Positions 9,760 through 19,979 of a DNA stretch of 64,000 nucleotides are shown in pieces; position 1 is the stretch's first letter, and every line of letters begins with the position of its first letter. This stretch comes from Histomonas meleagridis 2922-C6/04-290x. Lineage: Eukaryota > Protista > Parabasalia. The notes below the pieces were generated by a model. It was not told where the DNA came from. It ran no database searches and worked only from the letters and a program-made list of their open reading frames with translations. Position numbers and translations under genes: made by a program. The stretch lies in NCBI GenBank assembly GCA_020184695.1, contig JAANOX010000116.1:1-64000 (forward strand). The letters run 5' to 3'.

Positions 9760-11390
9760 CCTTTTTAAATATTATTAATAATTTCCAAATATTATTTTAT
9801 GATATAAAGTTTTAAAAATAGACCTTAAATAAAACAAATAAATAATCTTTAGCATTAACATCATTTCCTTTATGTTCAAAAAGTAATTTAACTATTTCTA
9901 CATTTCCATGATCAGATGCTCGAATAAGTGCTGTTCTAAATAATTTATATAATTTTCAAATATTATTTTGAAATCCAAAATTGTTAAAATAAATTTTAAT
10001 GAAAACAAATATATATCTTTAGCATTAACATTGATTCCTTCATGTGCAAGAAGTAATTTAACTATTTCTACATTTCCATGATCAGATGCTCGAATAAGTG
10101 CTGTTCTAAATAATTTAAATAATTTTCAAATATTATTTTGAAATCCAAAATTGTTAAAATAAATTTCAAAGAAAACAAATATATATCTTTAGCATTAACA
10201 TTGATTCCTTCTTGTGTAAGAAGTAATTTTACTATTTCATTATTACCATTTTCAGTTGCTAAGAGAAGCGCTGTATTAAATATTTTGAATAATTTCCAAA
10301 TATTATTTTGAATTTCTAAATTATTATATTAAATTCTAAATAAAACAAATAAATATCTCTAACATTGATTTCAATTCCTTTTTGATCAAGTAGTAAATGG
10401 ACAATTTTTGTAACATTATTTTTAGATGCCATAATAAGTGCTGTTTTTATTTCCATAAATAGATGAAATTGTTGGATTTTGTTGATTATTTTCCTCAGAT
10501 TTTTCTGATTTATTTCCATAAATATATTTAAAAACATCATTTCGATAGAATTTAATTGCAATTTCATACGCATCTTCAAATGTTGAATGATTTTGTTCAC
10601 ATAAATGAATGATTTCTTCGTTTCCACCTGCAATTGCATATTTACCTGTATTTTCTACAATAACACCATTCATAAGTAAATATTTGAAACATTTAATAGA
10701 AGAAAAAAATGCTGCATAATCAATAAAGAAACTTTGTTCTTATTAATGAATGAACATCTTTCATATAGTGATGGCTCAATGATTAAAATAAAAATTATTT
10801 TGTGATGATATTTCTTGAAGTTTCTCTATATCATCATTTCGAATTATTTTCGCAATTTCATTTGGATTAACTCCTTCTTTAACATATATCTTATGAAGTT
10901 CCCATTCGTTCTTTGAAAGTTTATCATAATTTTCTTTGAATTGATTCAGAAGATGAGATTTTTTTGTTTCTTCATCTGACATTAAATGTATAAAATATGG
11001 TAACCTTAGATTTTGAACATTATTTGCTTCTATAAAATTATGTTCAATCATACAATTAAGAAGATAATATGATTCTTGTGTGTTTTGCTTAAGAAGATAA
11101 TTTGTGAATACTGATGTTATTTTTGATTCAACACTATTTTTATATTCAAATTCTTCTATTTCTTTTAGAAATTCTAAATATATATCAGAAGAATTTAATT
11201 TTATACAGAAAATTATATATACCATTTGACTTATAATTGAATTAAATGATAATGCGTTTGTAAAATCAAATTTATTAATTATTAAACCTATCATTTGAGT
11301 TATATTTTCTTTGCTCAAATTAAAAATTGCATTGTTAATGGATATAAGTTTGTCCAATTCGTTCTGAAATTTGTTCTTTGTTCCTTCCAT
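9760..11390 (-). pseudogene. DUF3447/ankyrin-repeat gene with frameshifted N-terminal part and four ankyrin repeats separated by 80-nt modular spacers
   Basis: Paralogous to the 29922 gene (EGVNPNEIAKIIRNDDIEKLQEI, GKYAIAGGNEEIIHLCEQ). Frameshifts near 10780, 10730 and 10445. Ankyrin repeats at 10444-10355, 10274-10185, 10104-10015 and 9934-9845. Confidence 0.8.
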
Positions 11391-11940
11391 ATAATTAATT
11401 GTCAAATGACCCAAAAGTGACAGCAAGTTAGGGTACCCTGGCACTAAGACCTCGTTTGGTCTCCAAATTAACGGTCTCTGGTATTCTGCTGTTTATGTAT
11501 ACTTTTTAAATGGTTATCCCTAACAAAAAATGAGATGGAAATAAAAGGGAATTATGGGCATAAAATCATCTGATTTTATTCCAGGATGGTGAGTACCTTA
11601 TGTGCAATTTACAGGGATTCGGCAGAAGGCTTTCGGTCTTTTCTCTATTATTTTCGCACATGGAAGATGGCTCCTCCTGCAAAGATATAATCGGAGCAGG
11701 ATTTGCATTCATCATCATAAAATTTATTTAAATTAATGGTATTGTAATATGCAATATATTGAATAAATCAATCTTTTTAAATGTATCTTAATGTTTTTGT
11801 TCTTGAATTTGGAAAAAAAATTATAATAATTTTGATGTTTATTGCTTAAAAATATTCCTAATGATATGCGTAAACAGCAAAATTATTTTGTTTGAATTCT
11901 TTGAAAATTTTCTTCATTATTGTCACTATGAATACTCTAT

Positions 11941-14250
11941 TCAAAAAATATATATTTCATTTTCAGTATCATCATTATTTACTTCATTACTTTTATTTCT
12001 TTTATTTCGAATGTAAATTAAAAATGCGATAATTAACGAAGCAATAACAACTCCTCCAACTCCGACTCCAACACCAATATAAATGTTTGTTTTATTATCA
12101 TTTTTATTTTCACTATTTTTAGCCATATTAAAATCTGAATAAGACATGAAATAATCAGAATAAAGACTAACTGTATAATCATAAATTATAACTGATGTTG
12201 AAATATATGTAGATATTGAATTGGTATTGGTGAGAATAAATGAATTGAAAAATGAACTATAAATACTTAATGTTTGTGTCATTGATAAAATATATGTCAC
12301 TGAATATGAATGTGTTAAAGTTACATAAGAAGAATATGTTTCTGTAAATGTGGAATATGATGAAAATGTATTTGATTCAGTAAGTGTATTTGAATGTGAA
12401 CCTGTACTTGAAATTGAAAATGAACCTGAATTGGTAAATGTATTTGGATATGTATTTGAATTTGACATAGTAAATGTATTTGAATGTGAAAATGAACTTG
12501 ACATAGTAAATGTATTTGAATGTAAACTTGACATAGTAAATGTATTTGAATGTGAAAATGAACTTGACATAGTAAATGTATTTGAATGTAAACTTGACAT
12601 AGTAAATGTATTTGAATGTGAAAATGAACTTGACATAGTAAATGTATTTGAATGTAAACTTGACATAGTAAATGTATTTGAATGTAAACTTGACATAGTA
12701 AATGTATTTGAATGTAAACTTGACATAGTAAATGTATTTGAATGTGAAAATGAACTTGACATAGTAAATGTATTTGATTCAGTTGGTGTAAATGTTTGTG
12801 TATGTATTGGATTACATCCTTCAATTGTTCCTTTTGTGGCAGTTAGTTCGCCAAATGTTTTGCTTTGATATGTTTCAAATACCATAACAGATTTTGCTAA
12901 AATATTCCTAAAACAATTTTCTCCAAAAGTTGGAGAAGTTTCACCATAAAAATAAATACATTTGAGTGAAGTACATTTTGAAAATGAAGAACTTTCAATA
13001 TTTTTAACATTTTTTCCAATGATAATTGTTTTTAATTTTGTACATAAATAAAAAGATTTAAAATCAATATTTTCAACAGCATCTGGAATAATGAAACTTG
13101 TAAATACGCATTCACTGAATGCAAAATTTCTTATTACAGTTACACTTTTTCCTAATGAAATTGATATTAAATTAGTGCATGAAAAAAATGCATATGATTC
13201 AATTGAAGTAACCGAATCTGGAACTTTGAAGATTTTATTTGTATTACTAATTGGGTAACTAATAACTTTTGTAAGATTTTTATCACATAAAGCTTCAATA
13301 AAATTAGTATAATATAGATTTTTTTTTGAAACATTTATAATTTGAAGACTTTTACATGCAAGAAATGGATTTGTTGATATTGAAGAAACTGTACTTGAGA
13401 TTGAAACATATTTTATATTCTTACAATCGCGAAACATAAATTCTCCAATATGTTGAACACCTTCACCAAAAATTACTGTTTCAAGACCAGAACATAAAAG
13501 AAATGCATTTGATTCAACCCTAAAAAGTGGACTTTCAAACTTCAAATCTTTTAATGAACGACATTCTTGAAATGCAGATTCTCCAATAATTGTTATACCT
13601 GTTCCAAATGAAACATTTTTCAAGTGATCACAATGATAAAATGCTCTTTCTCCAATTGCTGTGACTGAGTCAGCTATTACAACAGTTTTTAGTAAATCCC
13701 ATTCGTAAAAGGCAAAATATGGAATTGTATCGATTCCATTTGAAATGATAACATGTTTCGCTTTGTCTTTATATTCTACAGTAAACTCACTGGGATCTAA
13801 AATTGTTAAAGTTGCTGTTGTATTATCAAAATTTTGTATTGAATGAGAAAAAAAGAAAATAAATATAATGAAAATAAATTTATTGCTAATTTTACTTCTG
13901 ATTTGATTAGAAATTAATTGATGTTTTATCGATGAAAAAATAATAAATGTTAATGTAAATATATAAGAACATAATTTAGAATTTAATTGAATAGCTTTAA
14001 AAAGAATGAAAAAAAATGAAAAGATAGAAGATAAAAATTTGTTCAATTGTTTGAAATGGGTAATCAGTTTACGAAAAATAATATCTTTAATATTATGTAT
14101 TTTTGTTAAATTGTGATAAAGAAATGAATCATTAATTTTGTTTTTCATTTTGCTATTTTTAATTTTTACAGGATGATTAAAACCATATATTGGCATATAA
14201 AAATGATTTCTAATTGCCATTTGCATTATTAAAAAGAAACAAAACAGCAT
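11941..14250 (-). CDS. BspA-like LRR surface protein with tandem Ser/Thr repeat stalk and TM anchor; start codon uncertain
   Basis: LRR_5 repeats (VVIADSVTAIGERAF, KVPDSVTSIESYAF), SNTFTM repeats, TM IYIGVGVGVGGVVIASLIIAFLIYI. The N-terminal ~130 aa are low complexity. Confidence 0.85.
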   Translation of the reverse strand: MLFCFFLIMQMAIRNHFYMPIYGFNHPVKIKNSKMKNKINDSFLYHNLTKIHNIKDIIFRKLITHFKQLNKFLSSIFSFFFILFKAIQLNSKLCSYIFTLTFIIFSSIKHQLISNQIRSKISNKFIFIIFIFFFSHSIQNFDNTTATLTILDPSEFTVEYKDKAKHVIISNGIDTIPYFAFYEWDLLKTVVIADSVTAIGERAFYHCDHLKNVSFGTGITIIGESAFQECRSLKDLKFESPLFRVESNAFLLCSGLETVIFGEGVQHIGEFMFRDCKNIKYVSISSTVSSISTNPFLACKSLQIINVSKKNLYYTNFIEALCDKNLTKVISYPISNTNKIFKVPDSVTSIESYAFFSCTNLISISLGKSVTVIRNFAFSECVFTSFIIPDAVENIDFKSFYLCTKLKTIIIGKNVKNIESSSFSKCTSLKCIYFYGETSPTFGENCFRNILAKSVMVFETYQSKTFGELTATKGTIEGCNPIHTQTFTPTESNTFTMSSSFSHSNTFTMSSLHSNTFTMSSLHSNTFTMSSLHSNTFTMSSSFSHSNTFTMSSLHSNTFTMSSSFSHSNTFTMSSLHSNTFTMSSSFSHSNTFTMSNSNTYPNTFTNSGSFSISSTGSHSNTLTESNTFSSYSTFTETYSSYVTLTHSYSVTYILSMTQTLSIYSSFFNSFILTNTNSISTYISTSVIIYDYTVSLYSDYFMSYSDFNMAKNSENKNDNKTNIYIGVGVGVGGVVIASLIIAFLIYIRNKRNKSNEVNNDDTENEIYIF
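12460..12785 (-). repeat. Coding minisatellite of mixed 36-nt and 30-nt units (SNTFTMSSSFSH / SNTFTMSSLH), 10 SNTFTM cores
   Basis: Near-identical copies of tgacatagtaaatgtatttgaatg followed by tgaaaatgaact or taaact. Confidence 0.95.
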
Positions 14251-14680
14251 TGAATTTTTTGTCTCAAAGAAGTGATTATTTTTTTGAATAAAATAGCTTC
14301 AAAATAACAACATAATTTTTACATTCAATTTTAATTGTTTAGTTTTTAAAGTACGCCCTTGGTCATTCAAAATTAATTAACAATTGATCAATTATAGACA
14401 ACAAAAGGACATAACAAAAATGAAACAATTGGAAGACACTTTAATATACGATCAAAAGCAATTTAATTACTACAAAAATAAAAAGTGACAGAATGACGTT
14501 CAGATTTTTCAAAGAACAGTTGGAATTCAAATTTCAATATTTTTGTGTGGTTTCTGCGTTATCAGATTCAAAAAATATTTTGATTTCATAAAATAACGTT
14601 GATAACGTTAATTAACCGCTTTATTTTAATTCAAAATTGAGATGATGTTTTTTTGACACTTTATTTTTATTACACTGCTC

Positions 14681-17600
14681 ATGAGCAAAATTGCAGAAAA
14701 TGAACAAAATCAATTATCTCCTGTAAAAATTCCCAAGATAACGACAACTATTTCTTCGTTTGGGCTTCTTAAACTATATGCAAATATCAAAAACTTAGGG
14801 AAATTTGAAGAAGTTATTAATTTCAAAGATCAAAATAATCAATACACTTTCAATGTTTCAGAACTCTTCGATATAACTATAGATAAATTAACACCTCAAT
14901 TTAGGTATATAAAATATTACAATCCTCAAGGTGAAATTTCTCTTTTCATATGGATTGAAGGTTCAGATCTTACGACGCTTAAAGATACAATGATTTCGAT
15001 GAAAAATGAACCAATCGAAGGAACTGATGATTATATAATTGAAGGATGTAAGATGCATCAAGGATATTATAATGCAGCGAAAGAAATTATTTCCCATTTC
15101 AAAGGAATCAATGGAGAAAAATATAAAACAAATTATTACAAAGAAATAATATTTTTAGGGCATTCAATAGGAGGAGCAATTGCTTCAATTGCAACAACAC
15201 TTTTACGTTTAATTGATAAAGTTAATGTTAAAGGAATTACATTTGGAACAACACCATGTGTTTGTAGTCCATTAGACAAACGAATTAATGAAGAAAATCA
15301 AAAAGAAAAATTTTTAATCACTATATGTAATACAGATGATATTGTTGCATCAAAAGGCCATACATTTGGTGTTAACATTGCTAATTTCTTTTGGATTTTC
15401 ATTAAAAATGCTGCTGTTTCCGTGATTAAAAGTGGAGGTAAAATTTCATATGAAAAATTAGTTGATGTAATTACAGGTCTTTATGAAGAAAAAACTAAAT
15501 TTACATATAACAAATATATAATTCCTGGTCGTTTAATATATATTCAAGATCAAATAATTAAGTGTAAAGAACAAAAAGAAACTTTTTTAATATCAAAAGT
15601 TGTTTCATCCGGAAAAGTTTCAAATATTGAAATAAAATTTACTAAAAAAGCAATTAATAAATTATTTGTTCATAATCATTCGTTAAATAATTACATATCA
15701 ATGATAGATCGAATCCAAAATAATAAAGCAGTTAAAATCAGTGATTCACATAAATTATTTCATGGAGCTCCAACTGAATGTGATAATGTTGCAACAGAGA
15801 AATATGTGTTAAATAATATCGATAAGTTTACTAAAATAAAAGAAAGAAGAGAAACAGCACCAGAATACTTAGGTTTTGTTTATAAAAATGCACAAAATGG
15901 CAATAAAAATATTAAAGGTGATGAAAAAGAAGATGAAATCGATGATTGGTTTGAACCTATAGATGAAGTTATATTATTTGCAAAGAAAGAAGGTATAAAC
16001 ATTAATGAAAATATTCATTACATATATTAAGAGCTTCTTTTTTATGTTTTGGGTTTATAATTTAAATTTATAGTTTATTCAAAATATATTATATTGCACT
16101 TAGAATTGCATCAAGAAAAGGATTAAAAGATATTGTTTCTTTAATTCTTGAAGAAAAAGGAATTGATGTTAATTCTAAAGATGTAAATTTATTTGTTTTG
16201 AAATTTGCTTAAATGATAAAATGTTTATATATAAAATTTGGAATTAAATCAAATGATTTTGGACTGCACTTATGTTCTCATCAAGAGGTGGGCACACAGA
16301 AGTAGTTAAGTTACTTCTTGAACAAAATGATATTAATGTTAATAATAAAGATATTTATTTACATTATTTGTAGTTGATATTAAATATTTGATATATTAAT
16401 ATGAAATTTGGAATTTATATTTATGATTTATGACTGCTCTTATTTTAGCATCAAGAGAAGGTCATATAGATATAGTTAAATTACTTCTACAACAAAATGA
16501 AATTAGTTTTAATGATAAAGAAATTTTTTCTTAATGTATAGAGATCATTCCAAATTTTTAAAATTTAATAATAATATTTGGAAATTGTTCAAAATATTTT
16601 ATACAGCATTAATTTTTGCATCACAAAATGATCATACAGAAATAGTCAAATTATTACTCGAATGTAATGGAATAAATATCAATGAAAAAGAAATTTTTTC
16701 AACTTTTTAAGAAATCATTTCCATAATTTAATGTCTCAATATTATATTAGGAAATTGTTCAAAATATTTGATACAGCACTTATTAAAGCTTCTCGAAATG
16801 GTAATACTGAAATAGCTAAATTGCTTATTGAACAAAAAGGAATTGATATCAATACTAAAAACTTTTGTTTCACTTATTTAATATTTGATTGCATAATTTG
16901 ATATCTCAAATTCAATTTTGAAGTTATTTTAAGTCGTTTTGTACAGCGCTTATGTGCGCATCTTCATATGGCCATTTAGAAATTGTTAAAATCCTTACAA
17001 AGAAAGATGCAAATATTTCAACTAGAGATATTAATTTTTATAATTTGAAGTAAATTTTAAAGTATTGAAGTTATTTTATATTTTATGGAATTTCTTTACA
17101 ATTAATAGAACAGCATTTATGTATGCATGTAAATTTGGACAATATGAAGTTGTCGATTTTTATATTAAGAATAATATAGTTAATGTTAATGATAAAGATA
17201 TTTATATATTTTTATTAATGTTTATTTTAAAAATTTAATATATTCAAAAAATATTTAAAAATTATTCAAATAATTTTATACAGCCCTTATGATTGCATCT
17301 GATGAAGGTCAAACAAATGTTGTTAAAATACTTCTTGATCAAAGAATAATTGATGAAAATACCAAAGATATTAAATAGATTTATTTAATGTTTGTTTTCA
17401 TTATATTTTGTTTCAAAATAATATTTGGAAATTATTTTAAATATTTCAAACATCACTAATTTTAGCAGCTAAAAAAGGATATATTGAAATAGTAAAATTA
17501 CTTCTTGGACAAAAAGCAATCAAAGTTAATGAAAAAGATGTTTATTTGTTTTATTTAATATTCATTATAATGATTTAATATTTATAAATAACATTTGGTA

Positions 17601-18841
17601 TTCATTTTAATTACCTCAAAAAGCATTTATGGTTGCAGCTGCAAATGGTCATATTGAAATTGTTAAATTACTTCTTGAGAAAAAAGGAATCAAAATCAAT
17701 GACAAAGATATTTATTTGTTTTGTTTAATATATCTTAAAATGGTTTAATATTTGATAATAAAATTTGGAAATTAATGAAATTATTTGAAACAATCTTTAT
17801 GAAAGCAGCCAAAAATGGTCATATTGAACTTGTTAAATATCTACTTGAACAAAAAGGAATTAATATCAAATCCAAAGATATTAATTTGTTTTATTTAATG
17901 TATCTTTTAATGGTTTAATCTTCCATAATAATATTTGGACTTTATTTATACGATTTGAAACGGCATTTATAAAAGCAGCTGGAAATGGCTATGTTGAAAT
18001 TGTTAAATTACTTCTTGAAAAAGGAGCCAAAATCAATTACAAAACTATTAATTTGTTTTATTTAAAGCTTATTTAAATAATTTGAAGTTTCAAAGAAATA
18101 TTCGGAAAATATTCAATTTATTTTGGACCGCACTTATTAGTGCAGCAGAAAGAGGTCGTATATCAGTTGTTAAATTTCTTCTTAATCAAACAGGAGTTGA
18201 CATTAATGCGAGAAATAATATTTATTTCGATAATTTAATATTTCAAAAACATATTTAAAAAATAATCATTTTATTTGATACAGCACTTCAGTTTGCATCA
18301 GCAAATGGTCATACTGAAACAGTTAAATTACTTCTTGAACAAAGAGGAATTGAAGTCAATACTAAAAACAATATTTATTTACATAATTTTTTGTTTTAAT
18401 TTTATTTTTGGAATTTATTGATATTATTATGGACACCTCTCATTGCAGCATCTGAAAAAGGACACACGGCAGTAGTTAAATTGATTCTTAATCAAAAAGG
18501 TACAGCAATCATTGACATCAATGCTAAGAATATTTATTTGTTTTATTATGTATTTAATTTGTGATTTTTGTTTTTCAACGTAATATTTGGAATTCATTTA
18601 ATGTATTTGATACAGCACTTATGAAGGCATCTTTACTTGGATATAAAGAAATAGTTAAATTACTTCTTGAACAAAGAAGAATTGATGTCAATGCTAAAGA
18701 AATTTATTTATTTTGCTTAAAATTTATTTCGATTATTTGCAATATCAAAATAATATTTGGAAATTGTTTAAATTATTTAAAACAGCACTAATGAAGGCAT
18801 CGCAAAATGATTATACAGAAATAGCTAAATTACTTCAATAA
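14681..18841 (+). CDS. Class-3 lipase domain fused to 17 ankyrin repeats, encoded discontinuously through 17 modular spacers (about 1,010 aa if joined)
   Basis: Lipase motifs GHSIGG, NTDDIV and HNHS in 14681-16012. The ORF ends KKEGININEN at a spacer (16013-16092). Then 17 ankyrin repeats start at 16093, 16263, 16433, 16603, 16773, 16943, 17110, 17280, 17450, 17620, 17790, 17960, 18127, 18280, 18433, 18612 and 18782, with the stop TAA at 18839-18841. The lipase and the repeats are seen directly; the joining is inferred. Confidence 0.8.
16013..18781 (+). other. Array of 17 inter-repeat spacers (15 x 80 nt, 2 x 63 nt) made of 20-nt modules = 17-nt RWT...WTT segment + 1 codon
   Basis: Lengths counted by hand. 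TTT/WTT recurs at spacer positions 15-17, 35-37, 55-57 and 75-77. The third module usually ends TTTGGA. Confidence 0.92.
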
Positions 18842-19979
18842 AAAAAGGAGAGTAGGGTGCCTTAATAAACATAAAATAAAAAAAACTTTGCATTTAAGAA
18901 AAGGCTTACAATTGTATCGATTTTTTGATTAAAATTTTTTTTCTATGTCATAATGAATCATATAGATGAATGAATTGAATGTATGTTGTTTATATGAACT
19001 ATTGTATAAAGTCTTATGATATAGGTTGTGTTTTAGCTTTGGTTGTCATTTTATTTCCGTTAATTATATTATTACTGGTGATTTGCACGTATGATTTAAT
19101 GAAAGATTTGGCAGTTAATTCATAAACGTTCAACATTTCCAAAAAATAGCCGTTTAAAAAAGACGTTACGATTAAAAATAGAAAAATTATGTACCAGAAT
19201 TGTTGATGATGTTAACCTAAATGGTTCAATTTATTCAGATGTAAAACCTCAAATCAATGATTTTAAAATATTCAAAACAATTTCAAAAAGTATCAGAAAA
19301 TATAAAAAATTCTCGAATCGAATAATTAAGGAGAAAAGCATTTAAAACATTTAAAATAATTTAAAATCTAAAGCTGGAGAATTCGTTAAATCAGAAATAA
19401 GAGATCTTGAAACTAATATTCTGAATAAATCAATTTCGCAATTATATGAATACACTATAGGAGAAGTAAGTAAACTTATTATAGAAAAATGTAAGCCAAA
19501 GCTTCAGCAAGCATATGAACAAGACATTAATACTTCTATTTTAAATTTTAAAAATGAAATTTTCTCCGATGTTATAAATGAATATGGAAGATAAAATTAG
19601 AAAAGAACTCAAAAATAAAAATTACGATGCAAATGAAACAGTCAAAAATTGTGTTGACTAATATCTTATGAGTTAAAGAAAAGATAAATTATTGTAAGTA
19701 AAATTCAAACGTTATAACTTTTTTGAATTATGTTTTAATAATAGTTTTACGAAAGGATATAGTGCATCAATAGTAGTATAATATAAATATAAATTTGGTG
19801 ATTAAAAAATTAATTTTACAGACATTTATGCAAATTGATTAATCGAAAGTATTTTTTGGTTCTAGCTCTTAAAAAGATACATATCATTTGTCAAAATAAA
19901 GTATTTAAATGATCTTTGATTAAAGGGAGCCTCGAATAATAAACGGTTGTATTTTATAATTAAAATTCATTTTTCTCTG

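Noticed and set aside
10446-10523. 63-nt offset direct repeat atttatggaaataaa as a 63-nt spacer
   Set aside because: The intervening sequence is A-rich coding-like DNA without module ends, and the frame does not join. It is more likely a local rearrangement in the pseudogene.
12321-12868. Two overlapping repetitive ORFs (12321-12824 -, 12350-12868 +)
   Set aside because: They are alternative-frame and antisense shadows of the BspA stalk repeat.
16013-18781. Spacers as stop-codon readthrough or a reassigned genetic code
   Set aside because: The 80-nt spacers shift the frame, all three stop codons occur in them, and ordinary genes in the window are long ORFs under the standard code.
16013-18781. 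Spacers as single conventional spliceosomal introns
   Set aside because: There are no consistent GT...AG ends and no trichomonad ACTAAC-type branch/3' motif. One 68-nt excision gives I-x-F-x loops without the ankyrin Gly and does not explain the 20-nt periodicity or the extra codon in the 63-nt spacers.
16013-18781. T4 gene 60-style bypass with matched take-off and landing codons
   Set aside because: The triplet before each retained codon is usually TTT/ATT whatever the preceding codon, so there is no matching. A different type of hop is not excluded.
16093-18781. CRISPR-like array, or a purely decayed pseudogene or assembly artefact
   Set aside because: The conserved units are protein-coding ankyrin repeats with synonymous and conservative changes and no stops. 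Spacer length is fixed despite sequence divergence, and the pattern recurs at three loci on both strands.
16093-18781. 170-nt period as a nucleosome-positioning signal
   Set aside because: The period varies (167, 153, 179 nt) with repeat codon number and module number, so 170 is just 90 + 80.
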